The translations under genes and the position numbers were made by a program. From the NCBI GenBank assembly GCA_951406725.2, contig OX597816.1:44082001-44146000 (forward strand): 64,000 nucleotides of DNA, read 5' to 3'. Positions within the stretch are counted from its first letter, which is position 1. The number at the start of each line of letters is the position of its first letter. The stretch is from Octopus vulgaris (taxonomy: Eukaryota). This document shows, in pieces, positions 11,963-26,044 of the stretch. The notes beneath the pieces were generated by a model, which was not told where the DNA came from, made no database searches, and saw nothing but the letters and a program-made list of their open reading frames with translations.

Positions 11963-12210
11963 GTGGAGGCGCGTGGCTTAGTGGTTAGGGTATCAGAACC
12001 ATGATCGTAAGATTGCGGTTTTGATTCCTGGACCGGGCGACGAGTTGTGTTCTTGAGCAAAACACTTCATTTCACATTGCTCCAGTCCACTCAGCTGGTA
12101 CATATGAGTAACGCTGCGATGGACTGGCGTCCCGTCCAGCTGGGGAACACCTACGCCATAGAAACCGGGAAACCGGGCCCATGAGCCTGGCTAGGCTTTA
12201 AAAGGGCACA
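11963..12210 (+). mobile_element. tRNA-SINE family C, full length
   Basis: A box TGGCTTAGTGG, B-box-like GTTTTGATTCC, ttgtgttcttgagcaaaacac, gctgcgatggactggcgtcccgtccag (V-domain-like). Confidence 0.92.
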
Positions 12211-14211
12211 TATATTTTTTGTTTTTATAATCTCACTTGCGCTAGTTCCCCTTTGACTCTGTTTTATTCATACATCATTGTTAAAAGGGCTACTGTTTTG
12301 TCAGACAGTTTTGTGAAATTGGGGGTTACCATTGGTAAATCTTCAATTTAGTGCTCTGTCTCTGCTCATACCATCAAAGTATCTAAGTGATTTTCATCTT
12401 CCTATTGAGTGCGAAATTCTCCCAACTATATCATCTGATATGGCGCGGTATTTAGTACCTATGTTAAAGTCCAGCAAAGCCTACCATGTTTTAATGTTTG
12501 TTCTGTTCGGGTGTTCACTACATGATATTGTGAATTCTTACGAAAAGCCATATGTATATACTCTTATGGCAATCCTGAAACTCTACATTCTTTGCCAGGG
12601 TTTCGGTCCCATTCAGAAGAATGTCCGTTGCAAATAGTCTCATATGGAAGAATGCTCTCTATATATAGTTAAATGATTTCTGTTCGTCTCCTGACGAAAA
12701 CAAACCTAGTTCAATATGAAATATTTCACTGTCATATGTTTGAAGATTGTTACATGCTTGTTTCTTGTTCCTTGCGTGTCAGAAAGTCTTTTAGAATATT
12801 ATGAATTACGCTGGCCAACATTCTTCGTAATTAATTTGCTACTTCTAAAAAATATCCCACACTCATCAAAGCAGTCTTTAGAAGATTATGATGCCTTATT
12901 GACTACGTCTAATAACACCAAAGTATATCCGTAGCTGTCATCTTGACAGCTAACAAGGATTATCTTTTTCCCCCTGGAATAAAAATTAAGTTTTCTGAGA
13001 AATTAATTAAAACTTTTGGAAATAACATACCTTGTTTTTCAAGAAATGCTAATAATTTCTGTTAGTATTCCGATTCTTGTCCTTAAGACACAAATTACAA
13101 TTTATTAAGGATTTTTAGCACACGTTATTCAGAACATCACCACCTATATCAATTCTTTATATTAAGTTATTTCTCATATTCACTTATAATTATGCAGTCT
13201 ATAACAGCGAGAGTATTTTATAAATATATAGATATACAGTTCCATTATGGGTAGGTTCAACAAAAAAAGTAATCCACCCGGTGAGAGTTAAGTATCATTT
13301 TATATACACAGTATTTAAATAAGAGCTGCTAATAGTTTCATGCTGTGGAAACAATGATTTATATAACAATCCTCTAAGCTCATGTATGTGGTTAGTCCTA
13401 TTTGAAAACCTGGACGCTGACCTATGAGAATACACAAGAAATAAGCGTAGCTGATGCAAAATGTGGAACGAGAAGACAAAAGTTAAAGAGAAAAGGAAGA
13501 GAAATAAAATCGAAAGAAGCGTTTCCTTCGTCTGTCGAAATCATAGTATAGTGTAAAATAATCCGACAAGGAGGCGGCCAACGTCAGCAAGCTAATCAAT
13601 CTGGTCAGGGAATTGTTTTTCAGTTCGATATAAGAATTTGTCCAGGTGCTTGTATTTGTTAAAAACTTCGGACCTCGAATTAAAATGTGAGCTCGATTTA
13701 TTGGATCGAAAATCAATGAGCAATATTTCAGTTATGCATAGCTTGCATCAATTTAATTGATCTACACGTGGCGTTGATTTCTCTATTTCATAAATATGCC
13801 TGACAAAGTATCACCATAGCATGAAACTATTTGTAGCTCTTTTGCTTGTGTATTTAAATCAATATTTATATCCTACTAGATGGATTACTGCGGAGAAACG
13901 GCTAAGAAATTTGCCATGTTTATAATTATACCATGTTACATAGATACATACAACTTGTGTGGGGGGAGGGGGTGAAAAGGTTGAGTTTAATTTCATTCTT
14001 TATTTTGGAGGGTACCAAAGAGGCGATTTGTAACATAGATTAGTTATTATTCGTTGCTAGCTTACTGTCGTTAGATTTTTGCGAATATGAAATTATTACA
14101 TGAATATAGTATGGTATGAGAATTAATGGAAAGGTATCCCATAGAAACTCAACAGACTGTTAAAGATGGAGAAGAGAAGATGTTAAAATTTTCAAAAAGT
14201 ATTTTAATGCA

Positions 14212-14327
14212 TGCATACGATCGTTTCGAACAGCAATACTAACATGTAAATAATATACTAAAATAATTAGAAATTAATTAAATTAAATTTAATTAATTAA
14301 TTACTTATTACTGCTCTCCTCAGTGCA
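14212..14327 (-). ncRNA. Type I hammerhead ribozyme, intact core
   Basis: Minus strand TGCA-CTGAGGA-GAGCAGTAATA...TATTGCTGTTC-GAAA-CGATCG-TA|TGCA. Stem II is 11 bp; stem III palindrome ACGATCGT. Confidence 0.88.
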
Positions 14328-14932
14328 AAAAAGAATGCAGTAAAAAATTCTTCTTATTATTATTATTGTTACAGAAGACTTGATGGAGGAATTAGCAAAT
14401 AACCTATTCGGATATACATATTTTATCCTTATGAAAATATAAGTGAAAGAAAATATATATAGAAAAATTACCTGTATATAAAAATAAGTGGTTAAGTAAT
14501 ATGCACTCCAAATAAAGCATTTATCAAAGAAGTAAAATAGAGATGTCTAATGGGATACAATAGATATATTTAAATTAGGATATGACTTGACAGTTACAAG
14601 TAATATATAAGTAATATAAGGTATTAATACTTCCCGGTGTTCTATTTGGTCATATATTTTTTTTTTATTTGTTCATTTCTTTCTTCTTGGTATTCAAGTT
14701 CAACTTGTATAATATGTACTTTAAAATTTACGTTTCTCAACTATTCCAATTTTATTAATGTTTAAGGTTACTTGTCAACCTACCTGATATTTACTTACAT
14801 CTTGCAGCTGATATATGCTTACACATATAATTATAAAAATTATTAGTGCCCTACTCTTCTACAAAATGTATCATATCGTTTTATCATTTATCTTTTTGTG
14901 CCCTACATATAACTGATTTCATATTATCATTA

Positions 14933-14964
<32 letters not shown>

Positions 14965-14965
<1 letters not shown>

Positions 14966-16258
14966 TTTTTTTTCTTCTTTCAAATTTGCTTCCATTTCTT
15001 GCCGAGTGTCTTCCCGACTCCTAGGGCAAAGAAACTCATAGTATACATTGGTAGGCCATTAAACCAAACTCAATAGTTCGTTCATTTTTTTAATTTTTTT
15101 TAAAGTTAAATTAAAATACATGAGCAGCAATAGTTCTCACATCGACAATGCTCTTCTCAATACGTGTGATGTACCAGTTAAGACAATCTTTTGCATTTCT
15201 TGCAGGGATGGTAAGCCAGGGATCATTTTCATATAATTTTCGGTTCCCTTCTTGATCATTCCTAGTGCTCCTACGATCACTGGTATTGTAACCGCCTTGA
15301 GATGCCACATTTTCTCAATTTCAATGAGTAGGTCTTTATATTTTCTGAGCTTGTCAAACTCTTTCGCTGAGATATTATGACCACAGGGGGTGCTCATGTC
15401 GATCAATAAGCAAACTTTATTGTTTTGGTCTTTCACAACAATATCTGGTTTATTGGCCTTGATGGTTCGGTCTGTATGTACTGGAAAGTCCCACAGAATC
15501 GTTACATTTTCTCCTTCAGTTACAGCCTCAGGGTGGTGATTATACCACTTGTCAGCAGTTTTGATATTCTAATGCCGACTTATTAGCCAGTGTAGATATT
15601 GGCCAACTCTGTCATGTCTTAATTTATACTCCACTGGTGCTAAGACTTTACATCCAGAGATTAGGTGGTCCACTGTTTCAATCATGTCGTTGCAGAATCG
15701 GCATTTTGGGTCTGCTCCATTTTTCATCACATTGGCCTGGTAGTTCCGGGTTAATAGGCTTTGATCTTGAGCAGCCAGGATGAAACCTTCGCTCTCTGCT
15801 TTTAGCCCTGAGCTCCGTAGCCACTGATGGGTTTGCTTCTGGTCAACATCAGCTTGTTTGCTGCGGGCCACATATTTGCCATGCAGAGGTTTCTCCTCCC
15901 ACCTATCAGCCAATTGCTCGTGCGCTTTTTTCATTGCCATTATTTTCACCTTCTTTGCAACAATAGTTGCCGTACTTCCCTCGGGTTGTTCAGTTTGGGT
16001 ATCCTGCACGAGATCAATAGCAATTGCTTTCCTTTATGATAGAATGAAGCTTCTTTCGTCTCTCGTGATTTTCCACGAGCTTTAGCATCCTGTCATTCGT
16101 TATTTCGAGATATTTGGCAAGTCCAATTGTGGTTGTTTTGTAAGCTAGTTTAAATTGGATCAGGCCTCGACCTCCTTGGGCTCTGGGAAGGAAAAGGCGA
16201 TCTACGCCTGCCTTTGGGTGGTGCATCCTATTACAACTCAGCAGCTTGCGTATTTTCC
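14965..16258 (-). mobile_element. 5'-truncated R4/Dong-clade non-LTR retrotransposon (thumb, CCHC knuckle, restriction-like endonuclease, 3'UTR)
   Basis: HPKAGVDRLFLPRAQGGRGL; CRFC..ETVDHLISGC; RHDRVG; KPDIVV..LIDMS..K..KY. Broken by a frameshift and a stop; (TTA)n on both sides. Confidence 0.92.
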
Positions 16259-16272
16259 TATTATTATTATTA

Positions 16273-16338
<66 letters not shown>

Positions 16339-16339
<1 letters not shown>

Positions 16340-16600
16340 TTTTTTTTTTCTTCTTTCAAATTTGCTTCCATTTCTTGCCGAGTGTCTTCCCGACTCCTAG
16401 GGCAAAGAAACTCATAGTATACATTGGTAGGCCATTAAACCAAACTCAGTAGTTCATTATTTTAATTTTTTTTTAAAGTTAAATTAAAATACATGAGCAG
16501 CAACAGTTCTCACATTGACAATGCTCTTCTCAATACGTGTGATGTACCAGTTAAGACAATCTTTTGCACTTCTTGCAGGGATGGTAAGCCAGGGATCATT

Positions 16601-16605
<5 letters not shown>
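16339..16605 (-). mobile_element. Second, shorter 3' end of the same R4/Dong element
   Basis: Near-identical to 14965-15232; flanked by (TTA)n at 16259-16338 and 16604-16659. Confidence 0.92.
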
Positions 16606-16659
<54 letters not shown>

Positions 16660-16846
16660 CACTATTGCTGCTTAAATATATATTAACACTGATTGATATT
16701 TTATATTTTTACTTAAAAATTGCTTACACATATGCGTATGCCCAACATTCATGAATACACATATGCAGATGCATATTTATATATACATATATATGTATAT
16801 ATATATATGTTTATATATATATATATGTGAGTGTGTGCGTAAATTA

Positions 16847-16901
<55 letters not shown>

Positions 16902-18164
16902 GTATATATTATAGCTTATAATATCTTCTTTCATATTTGTGGATAATTGTAATTATAATTATACCTATAGTCGTTTTCTTGGGAGGTTTGTTTCTTTTTG
17001 TCCTTATCTTTACACTGTATAATTATTCTCATTATCTATGATCGTTGTTTTATCTGCCACATCTACCTCAAATAAAATAACTAAAATGTAGCTAGGATAT
17101 GTAATCTCATGTATACATTTCTCGTAGATATGTTCTCTGTAAATGCATCAGTATACAATATAAATATTTTTTATTCATAAGATTTTTTTATATATGAATT
17201 ATTTTCCTTGTTCTTAATATACTTATTTGAACACTTTACTCTATAAAATAAGAAAAAAACATTTTTTTTGTTACATTCACAATTCACTATTACCTTATAT
17301 CAGATAGACAATAATTATTTATATAATATTACTATAGACTTCCCATTTCTTTTCTGCCAAACTAGATTCTCAAATCTTATTCAATTTTTTTTTATTTATA
17401 CAAAAACATAGTCAGCCTACTAAATACCGATAATTATAACTTATTATAAAATACATTCTTACGACTTTGTCTCTGCTTTTATCTCCCCTTACATCTTCAT
17501 TATCATTTTCCTGGAACGGTTGTTTTAAAGACATTTTTAACCACTGCAATTCGGTAATATTAACAACAATACTTCAATTTTTATTTTTTATCTTAATATT
17601 TAATTCACACAAACGAAAATAAGATTTTACACTAAACGTTTTTCTTTTTTTCCATTATTTAGAGCCATTCTCTAATAAATTCCTTCTTTTCGTTCGCGTT
17701 TAAGCAACCTAATAAAAATTATCTTAACTAGTTATTATTTTTTTATTCTCGCACAAAAATTTCTTTTCTCTATAAATAACTTCTTTAAATATACACCGTA
17801 TCTTATATTACTTATATATTACTTATAACTGTCAAATCATATCCTAATTTAAATATAACTATCCTATCCCATTGGACATCTCTATCTTACTTCCTTGATA
17901 AATGCTTTATTTGGAGTCCATATTACTCAGCTACATATTTTTATATACAGGGAATGTTTCTATTACATCTTTCACATATATTTTCAAATAACCGTTAGCC
18001 GCATCAGATATAGTTTTTTCACAACTAGACTCAACATCATTTTTTTAGTATGCTCTTGGTCTTTCATAAGGTTAAAATATGTATATCCGGATATGTTATT
18101 TGCTATTTCCTCCATCAAGTATTCTGTAACAATAATAATAATAATTTTTTGATGCATTCTTTTT

Positions 18165-18270
18165 TGCAATGAGGAGAACAGTAATATGTAATTAATAAAT
18201 TTAATTAATTTCTAAATATTCCAGCATACTATTTACATGTTAATGTTGGTGTTCGAAACGATCGTATGCA
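18165..18270 (+). ncRNA. Type I hammerhead (C3 mutated to A)
   Basis: TGCA-ATGAGGA-GAACAGTAATA...TGTTGGTGTTC-GAAA-CGATCG-TA|TGCA; partner of 14212-14327. Confidence 0.8.
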
Positions 18271-18371
18271 TGTATTAAAATTCATTTCTTTAAATTTTAA
18301 CATCTTCTCTTCTCCATCTTCGTTGAATTTCTATGGAATAGGTTTCCAATAATTGTCATGCCATACCATAT

Positions 18372-18373
<2 letters not shown>

Positions 18374-18417
<44 letters not shown>

Positions 18418-18568
18418 GCATACATACATAGATGCATACATACATAGACAGATAGATGGATAGTTATATATACATACATATTTACATACATGCATGCATA
18501 CATACATACATACATACATACATACATACATACATACATACATACATGCATACATACATACATACATA
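18374..18568. repeat. Compound (TA)n/(TACA)n microsatellite
   Basis: Direct inspection. Confidence 0.95.
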
Positions 18569-18694
18569 AGTATAATGCATCTTGCCTTTTCAGCAAAGAA
18601 GGATTAGGATATGTACTCCATAATAAGCGCAAGAAGGGATGGAATGTTTTTAGGATCTCATATAAGACCACATTCAAAACTATCAATCTCTGTT

Positions 18695-18730
<36 letters not shown>

Positions 18731-19004
18731 TCTGCCCCCAATCTCTCTAACCACACACACTGAACAGTATTTATAAAAAGGTGGGTATGTTAAGCAACGT
18801 GGCCCTTGGTGTTCAAAATAGCATGATAGTTACGACTAGATGCCTTGTATCATATGTCTGCTCCTTCAGAAAAAGACATATGCTTACACTGCAACAAGCG
18901 GTTATTGTTTTATCTTTTCACGAAATACTAGTGACCCGCAAAACCAGTACATTTTTACTGTCCACTAGCTATCAAATGATGGGGTTGCCATACCTACAAT
19001 ACTA

Positions 19005-19187
19005 TACATACATACATGCATATGTACATATATGCATACATACATATATATACCTATACATACATACGTACATACATACATACATACATACATACATACA
19101 TACATACATACATACATACATACATACATACATACATAAATACATACATACATACATACATACATACATACATACATACATACATAC
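19005..19187. repeat. (TACA)n microsatellite
   Basis: Direct inspection. Confidence 0.95.
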
Positions 19188-20456
19188 GCTTAAACGCTGT
19201 TGTGTGCAATTGGTTGAAACATCGACCGATATTTCAAATAGTTCGATTCTCCGTACATATATATAATTGCTTTCTTATTTTTGATAAGTGACCAAAGGCG
19301 CTATCTTGACATCGATTGCTGTTCCATTTTTTGTCTGAAGTATTAACGCTGTTTACGGAAAGCGGTATATATGCAAGCTTGTAGTATGAAATCAAACAAT
19401 CAGTATACATTATAATCATGTTTGTAGTTGATAGACAATTCTAGTTATTTCATATAAATAGCTTCTTTAAGTATGAAGATTTTAACAAACCGTCCTCTGT
19501 CGTAACTTTGATAGCGACCATGATATCCTGGTTATTACATTTCTTGAGATGTTTCGTAGCATCGAGTGAATTCTCTGCATAAACCTTGTTTAATAAAGAT
19601 GTGCAGTTTGCAAATGACACTGTCAATGGTTAGATCTATGACATTCACTACTGAAATATCAGTGACAGTGCACACATTGTTATTGTATTGTTTTTGCGTC
19701 TTGGGTTTCCTTCACCTCGTTATTTACAAATTCTACTGGGTTTCTTCTACACTATAATTATATGTATATGTTCTTGTATATATACATGTAATCATGAGAG
19801 TTTGCTCGTGTGCATGCGTGTGCATGTCAAATGCATGCAGATATATAAGTATATCTGTAGGAATATGTGAGCATGAGTGCTTATGTACTAATCTGAATTG
19901 TATGCTACATATGAAGTACTTGGAACATGAATTAAATCTGATGTACAGTAAAACAGAATATGACGAATAGGAATATACATATACGCCATATATATACACA
20001 AACATACACCCGTCTACATATATATATATTACGCACGCACACACGAGCATCTATAAATATATGCACAGGCGCATACATATATGTGGATGTTTGTATCTGT
20101 GCGTGATGATCAAAATTCATAGTTTTGACGTAATTAACTATTTCTTTCCTTAAATCAACCAATAACCCATGAACTGACAATTAACATGTCAATCTATTGA
20201 AGTTCCAGGTAATTTCAATATCAAAGTAAAATGAATCGTTTATAGTGTTCATTCCAATATATTGTAGTTGCACTACACACATTTCACTACCACGACACAA
20301 ATAATCAATAAATTTTGGTATTTCGGAGATATGAACGTAGTTATGTGAACGCAGAATCTTTCATAAGACATCTACTAATTAATCCATGTAGCTACGTATT
20401 TAATTTATATCTAATTCCTTCAGTCTCTCTCTTTCTCTCCTTCTCACCCAATATGC

Positions 20457-20922
<466 letters not shown>

Positions 20923-20925
<3 letters not shown>

Positions 20926-21293
20926 CCAGTGGTTAGGGCAGCGGACTCACGGTCATAGGATCGCGGTTTCGATTCCCAGATCGGGCGTTGTGAGTGTTTA
21001 TTGAGCGAAAACACCTAAAAGCTCCACGAGGCTCCGGCAGGGGATGGTGGTGATCCCTGCTGTACTCTTTCACCACAACTTTCTCTCACTCTTACTTCCT
21101 GTTTCTGTTGTACCTGTATTTCAAGGGGCCGGCCTTGTCACTCTCTGTGTCACGCTGAATATCCCCGAGAATTACGTTAAGGGTGCACGTGTCTGTGGAG
21201 TACTCAGCCACTTACACGTTAATTTCACGAGCAGGCTGTTCCGTTGATTCCGATCAACCGGAACCCTCATCGTCGTAACCGACGGAGTGCTTC

Positions 21294-21294
<1 letters not shown>
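20923..21294 (+). mobile_element. tRNA-SINE family D (resembles octopus OR-type SINEs)
   Basis: GGCCCAGTGGTTAGGGCAGCGGACTC..GGTTTCGATTCCC head, gagcgaaaacacctaaaagctccacg body; inserted in (TA)n. Confidence 0.88.
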
Positions 21295-21344
<50 letters not shown>

Positions 21345-21368
21345 TGTATATACTCATATATTCATATA

Positions 21369-21406
<38 letters not shown>

Positions 21407-21434
21407 TATGCATTCACGTATATATATCATATAT

Positions 21435-21531
<97 letters not shown>

Positions 21532-21547
21532 TGCGTGTGTGTGTGTG

Positions 21548-21690
21548 TGCATAAAATACAAAATGGGACAAGAACGCAAAATATCCAGACAGACGATACA
21601 AGGAAAACAACGACGAATCATTCGGAGTTTCCTATCCTCAATCGAGTTCCAGATTACCTTTGCAATTTTGGCTGGTTATACTAAACATAC
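21548..21690 (-). mobile_element. 3' fragment of a family P1 subfamily
   Basis: Minus strand cagccaaaattgc..cgattgagga..ctccgaatg..gttcttgtccca, homologous to 2350-2465. Confidence 0.65.
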
Positions 21691-21695
21691 TTATT

Positions 21696-21730
<35 letters not shown>

Positions 21731-23255
21731 TTGCATAAATAAATATGCTAAAAATTACAAGCCGAATGTGGAAAATTGACAACAAATCTATTTGAATAGA
21801 AGAAAAATGTCATTTGGCTTGCTATTCAGTGTGAGATTAGAATGAAATAATAGTCTGAAATTACATGACGTGGTCATCAAAATATTTTACTGTGCGTATG
21901 AATACCATAATCTCTTCAATAATAACAATGTTAAAGTTAGATACATTTGCTTAATAAACTTGTATGTCAAATATCCAACCAGAACCAAATATTTACAAAC
22001 TTAACTGCCAGAATGCAACTCTATCAATACAGCATCTTGTCCACTGAACAGCATTGATTTATGGTTGATATTTGTTAAAAGAAACTTAGGCCAAATAATT
22101 TATATAGGAGTCCAACTTATACAATATCCTATATTCGAGGCGGTATGGTGTCATTTGAGGAAATAAGTAATGTGCGCGTGTGGCAAGACATCTGTAGAAT
22201 GTGAGCAAAACTAACTATATTGCTCTTGCAAAATTTAAACCTCAATCCGATACATCCACTAATTTCATCCTATGAAATTTAATGAAAGGGCTAACTCCAT
22301 ATTTATAATTTACTTCATTCAGAATAACTCAAATCACTTACGACCATATTGTAAAGTATCACAGGTACTATTACGCCATACAAAAATTAAATAATGCAGA
22401 CCATGCTAAGCTTGATTTAGACGAGGCACATTTCAAGGCTTCCGTTGGTTGAACACTAGGTCAACAAAATATTTCAGGGACAGACATAGTTAAAGTATCC
22501 GTCTGAAATATTTCAACTACGAAATCGTTCTACTTTCTCAATAATCCCCCTAAAATGGATCATTGGAAAATAAATACGAAGTACTTCTCTTCACAAGAAT
22601 ATGGTAAGTGATGAAATACAACAACTATCAAAAGACTAACTGTCCTTCAGTACAAGGCCATTGCATCATTCAAAACAATACATGCTGTTTCTATACAAGT
22701 GAGACGAAGTCTTACCACTTCTGCATAATCGCAGCATCATTCATTTACCACCAGCAGCCTGTCGTACCTTGCCTGTTTTTTTTCTTCTTTATATTCAGTT
22801 ACAAACTACTCTAAATTATCCAGATGAATAGAACTTGGCAAGGAAATCTCGTTAGTGGCTATGAAGAAACTAAGTATCGACTTAGTAATCTTATTTCACT
22901 TTGTATACATCCATTTTCAACGCTTGCAGTTTCACATGTGAACAATACAGGACAGTTTAAAGAGCCTTATAACAATAATAAATACATTACATAGGCCTTA
23001 TTGTAAAACCTTTTAAAAACAGATTCTGTCAACATACGTTTACGTTCGGATATAAAAAAAAATAGCACTATTCATATCTGAAACTCTAAGGACAGCAAAA
23101 TGAACAAATTTGAAGCTAAAAAAAAATGGAATTTGCTTAATAGCATGGTTTTATTGTTGAAATTCCTTGTCATATTCTTTAAATATCTCAAAACTATATT
23201 CCGATGTTTAGGCACTCACACACACATGCACACACGTATATAAATACACACACAA

Positions 23256-23286
<31 letters not shown>

Positions 23287-23911
23287 TAGACATATATATA
23301 TGTATATACCTTGCTACTGTCGTGAAAATATCGGTTTTCATGGATTTTCGTATTAACATCCAGCGATATACGTATATTAATTTCTCAACATAATGGAATT
23401 GCCATGCGCTGAGATATGGATGCATTTCAAAGAATATTCATTCAGATTTTCTGCAACATTAAAAGTATAGTAACAATAGTGTCTTTACTTGCCTTTCTGT
23501 GTTTTGCATCTGAAAATGGAGACATACGAAAATGGAGACATGATGATATCATGTGTTTTCCACGTTAAAAGATATTTTGGACGAAAGAATGTACGAGGGA
23601 TTTTCTAAAGTTGTTTAAGGAACCATTAATATCACTCATTACTAATTATATTTCAACTTGTTTACGAGTATTTTTTCTTGAATATTGTTACCCAGCCTCA
23701 TTTAAAAATAAATCTTTTAATGATATATAATATAAAACTCAATTACGATTGACAAAGTTTCCTCTTGTTTTACATGCAACAAACTCTATGTATGGTATAC
23801 TTTTTCTTCGTTCCCAAAAGATTACAACCAATCACTACTAGCTGCGCGCACGCACAGACACACATACACACACATTCCTGCGTTTATGTATGTATATATA
23901 TATATGTATTA

Positions 23912-24046
23912 TATATTATTAAAACCAACTGTATGAAGGGCATTTTGAGCACCGATGTATGACAACACCTGAGCGCTAGGTCGATTTCATAATGTTAATA
24001 TATGTATATGCAAATATATTTTTCTATACATATACATATATATGTA

Positions 24047-24096
<50 letters not shown>

Positions 24097-24504
24097 CCTA
24101 TCTATATATCTATCTATCTATACTCTTTTACTCTTTTACTTGTTTCAGTCATTTGACCGCGGCCATGCTGAAGCACCGCCTTTAGTCGAGCAACTCGACC
24201 CCGGGACTTATTCTTTTGTAAGCCCAGTACTTATACTATCGGTCTATTTTGCCGAACCGCTAAGTAACGGGGACATAAACACACCAGCATCGGTTGTCAA
24301 GCAATGCTAGGGGGACAAACACACACACACGCATACATATATATACATATATGCGACGGGCTTCTTTCAGTTTCCGTCTACAAAATCCACTCACAAAGCT
24401 TTGGTCGGCCCGAGGCTATAGTAGAAGACAGTTGCCCAAGGTGCCACGCTGTGGGACTGAACCCGAAACCATGTGGTTGGTAAGCAAGCTACTTACCACA
24501 CAGC

Positions 24505-24595
<91 letters not shown>

Positions 24596-24742
24596 TACAT
24601 ACATACATATATATGTATGTATGTGTATAGAAATATATATTTGCATATACATATATTAACATTATGAAATCGACCTAGCTCTCAGGTGATGTCATACATC
24701 GATGCTCAAAATGCCCTTCATACAGTTGGTTTTAATAATATA
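23912..24742. repeat. Near-perfect inverted repeat (arms about 210 bp) centred on a SINE
   Basis: 23912-24120 is the reverse complement of about 24533-24742, including (CTAT)n/(ATAG)n. Confidence 0.9.
24121..24508 (-). mobile_element. tRNA-SINE family A
   Basis: Full reverse-complement match to the family A body and tail. Confidence 0.93.
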
Positions 24743-25092
24743 AAAAGGGGTAAAGACCCCCTTCGGTCATGAGTGACCATGGGTTTGTTTGCACCTAGAG
24801 AGTTACCCTCTGAGGCACAAGTCTGGGCAAGGTTGTTTTTTTATGGAAGACCAGTAGTCGCCCATGCATACCGGCCTCCCCTCTCCACGCCACCAGTGTT
24901 ATCCAAGGGAAAGACAAAGGTCGATACAGCTTGGCACCTGCGACGTCGCAACTCATTTCTACAGCTGAGTGAACTGGAGCAACGTGAAATAAAGTGTCTT
25001 GCTCAAGAACACAACACGCAGCACGTTCCGGGATTCGAGCTCACAACCTCACGATCGTAAGCTCGACGCTCTAACCACTGAGCCATGCGCCT
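24743..25092 (-). mobile_element. tRNA-SINE family E
   Basis: Minus strand GGCGCATGGCTCAGTGGTTAGAGCG..GCTCGAATCCC, central domain shared with family C, distinct tail; matches 56672-57007. Confidence 0.9.
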
Positions 25093-25100
25093 TTAATAAT

Positions 25101-25136
<36 letters not shown>

Positions 25137-25176
25137 GAGTAAATATTGAAGTGAGTACTCGTAAAGATTATTATTA

Positions 25177-25251
<75 letters not shown>

Positions 25252-25584
25252 GCGGCAAGTCTAAATAACTGATAATAAGAACAATAATAACATTAGTGGC
25301 AGCAATTGAAATTAGCCTTAAGCAGCTCTACAACAAATTCATAATTATATCAGAGGTTACAGGGAGCACCTACTTGCTAGAAAGTGGAAATAAAATCCCT
25401 CAACTTAACTATTAACCTCACTGAAAATATTCAACGGACAAACAGAAATCGAGCAAACGAGCGGAATTTAACACTCTATCTCAGAAAAGGTGTAGAATGA
25501 GGTAACAGATATACTTGGATCATGATCTCGGCTCGTAATCCATTACGATTTGAATAGTCTCGCGCCAAATTAAAAACAATTGCA

Positions 25585-25707
<123 letters not shown>

Positions 25708-25715
25708 TATATATA

Positions 25716-26028
25716 TAACTTATAAATAAGGGCAAACGAAAAAATATCTAGTGCCAAATATGCCGAAAATTGGACATATTGTCCATTACCATATCATTTT
25801 TCACAATACGCATGCTACTCGAAAAAAAGCCGACAGAGTAGCGTGCGTATTGTGAAAAGTTATATGGTAATGGACAATATGTCAAATTTTCGGTATATTT
25901 GGCATTAGAAATTATTTCGTTTGCCCTTATTTATAAGTTATTAATAATTTTAACATTTAAAGGTATTTTTAATATGCTGGCCATTGATAAAACTTTTTTT
26001 TTTCTAAACAAATTTTATCCTACATTAA
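25716..26028 (+). mobile_element. Fold-back family P2 fragment between (TA)n tracts
   Basis: Inverted arms 25716-25820 and 25836-25940, plus an unpaired tail to 26028. Confidence 0.85.
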
Positions 26029-26044
26029 ATATATATATATACAT

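Larger units (their letters stand above)
14100..18375 (+). mobile_element. Old 4.3 kb Penelope-like structure with inverted arms of about 550 bp, each carrying a hammerhead
   Basis: 14100-14625 is a diverged reverse complement of 17795-18375. The right arm ends in (TA)n. The interior is interrupted by Dong copies and microsatellites. Confidence 0.75.

Noticed and set aside
11963-12035. tRNA-like sequences here and at 20923, 25020-25092, 55195-55265, 56935-57007
   Set aside because: They are SINE heads continuing into SINE bodies, without complete cloverleaf or acceptor stems.
12330-13100. Possible very old LINE remnant; similar non-repetitive stretches at 22000-22900, 32160-32700, 34100-34520, 45760-46800, 48170-49000
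   Set aside because: No convincing protein motif could be read; needs BLASTx or an HMM search.
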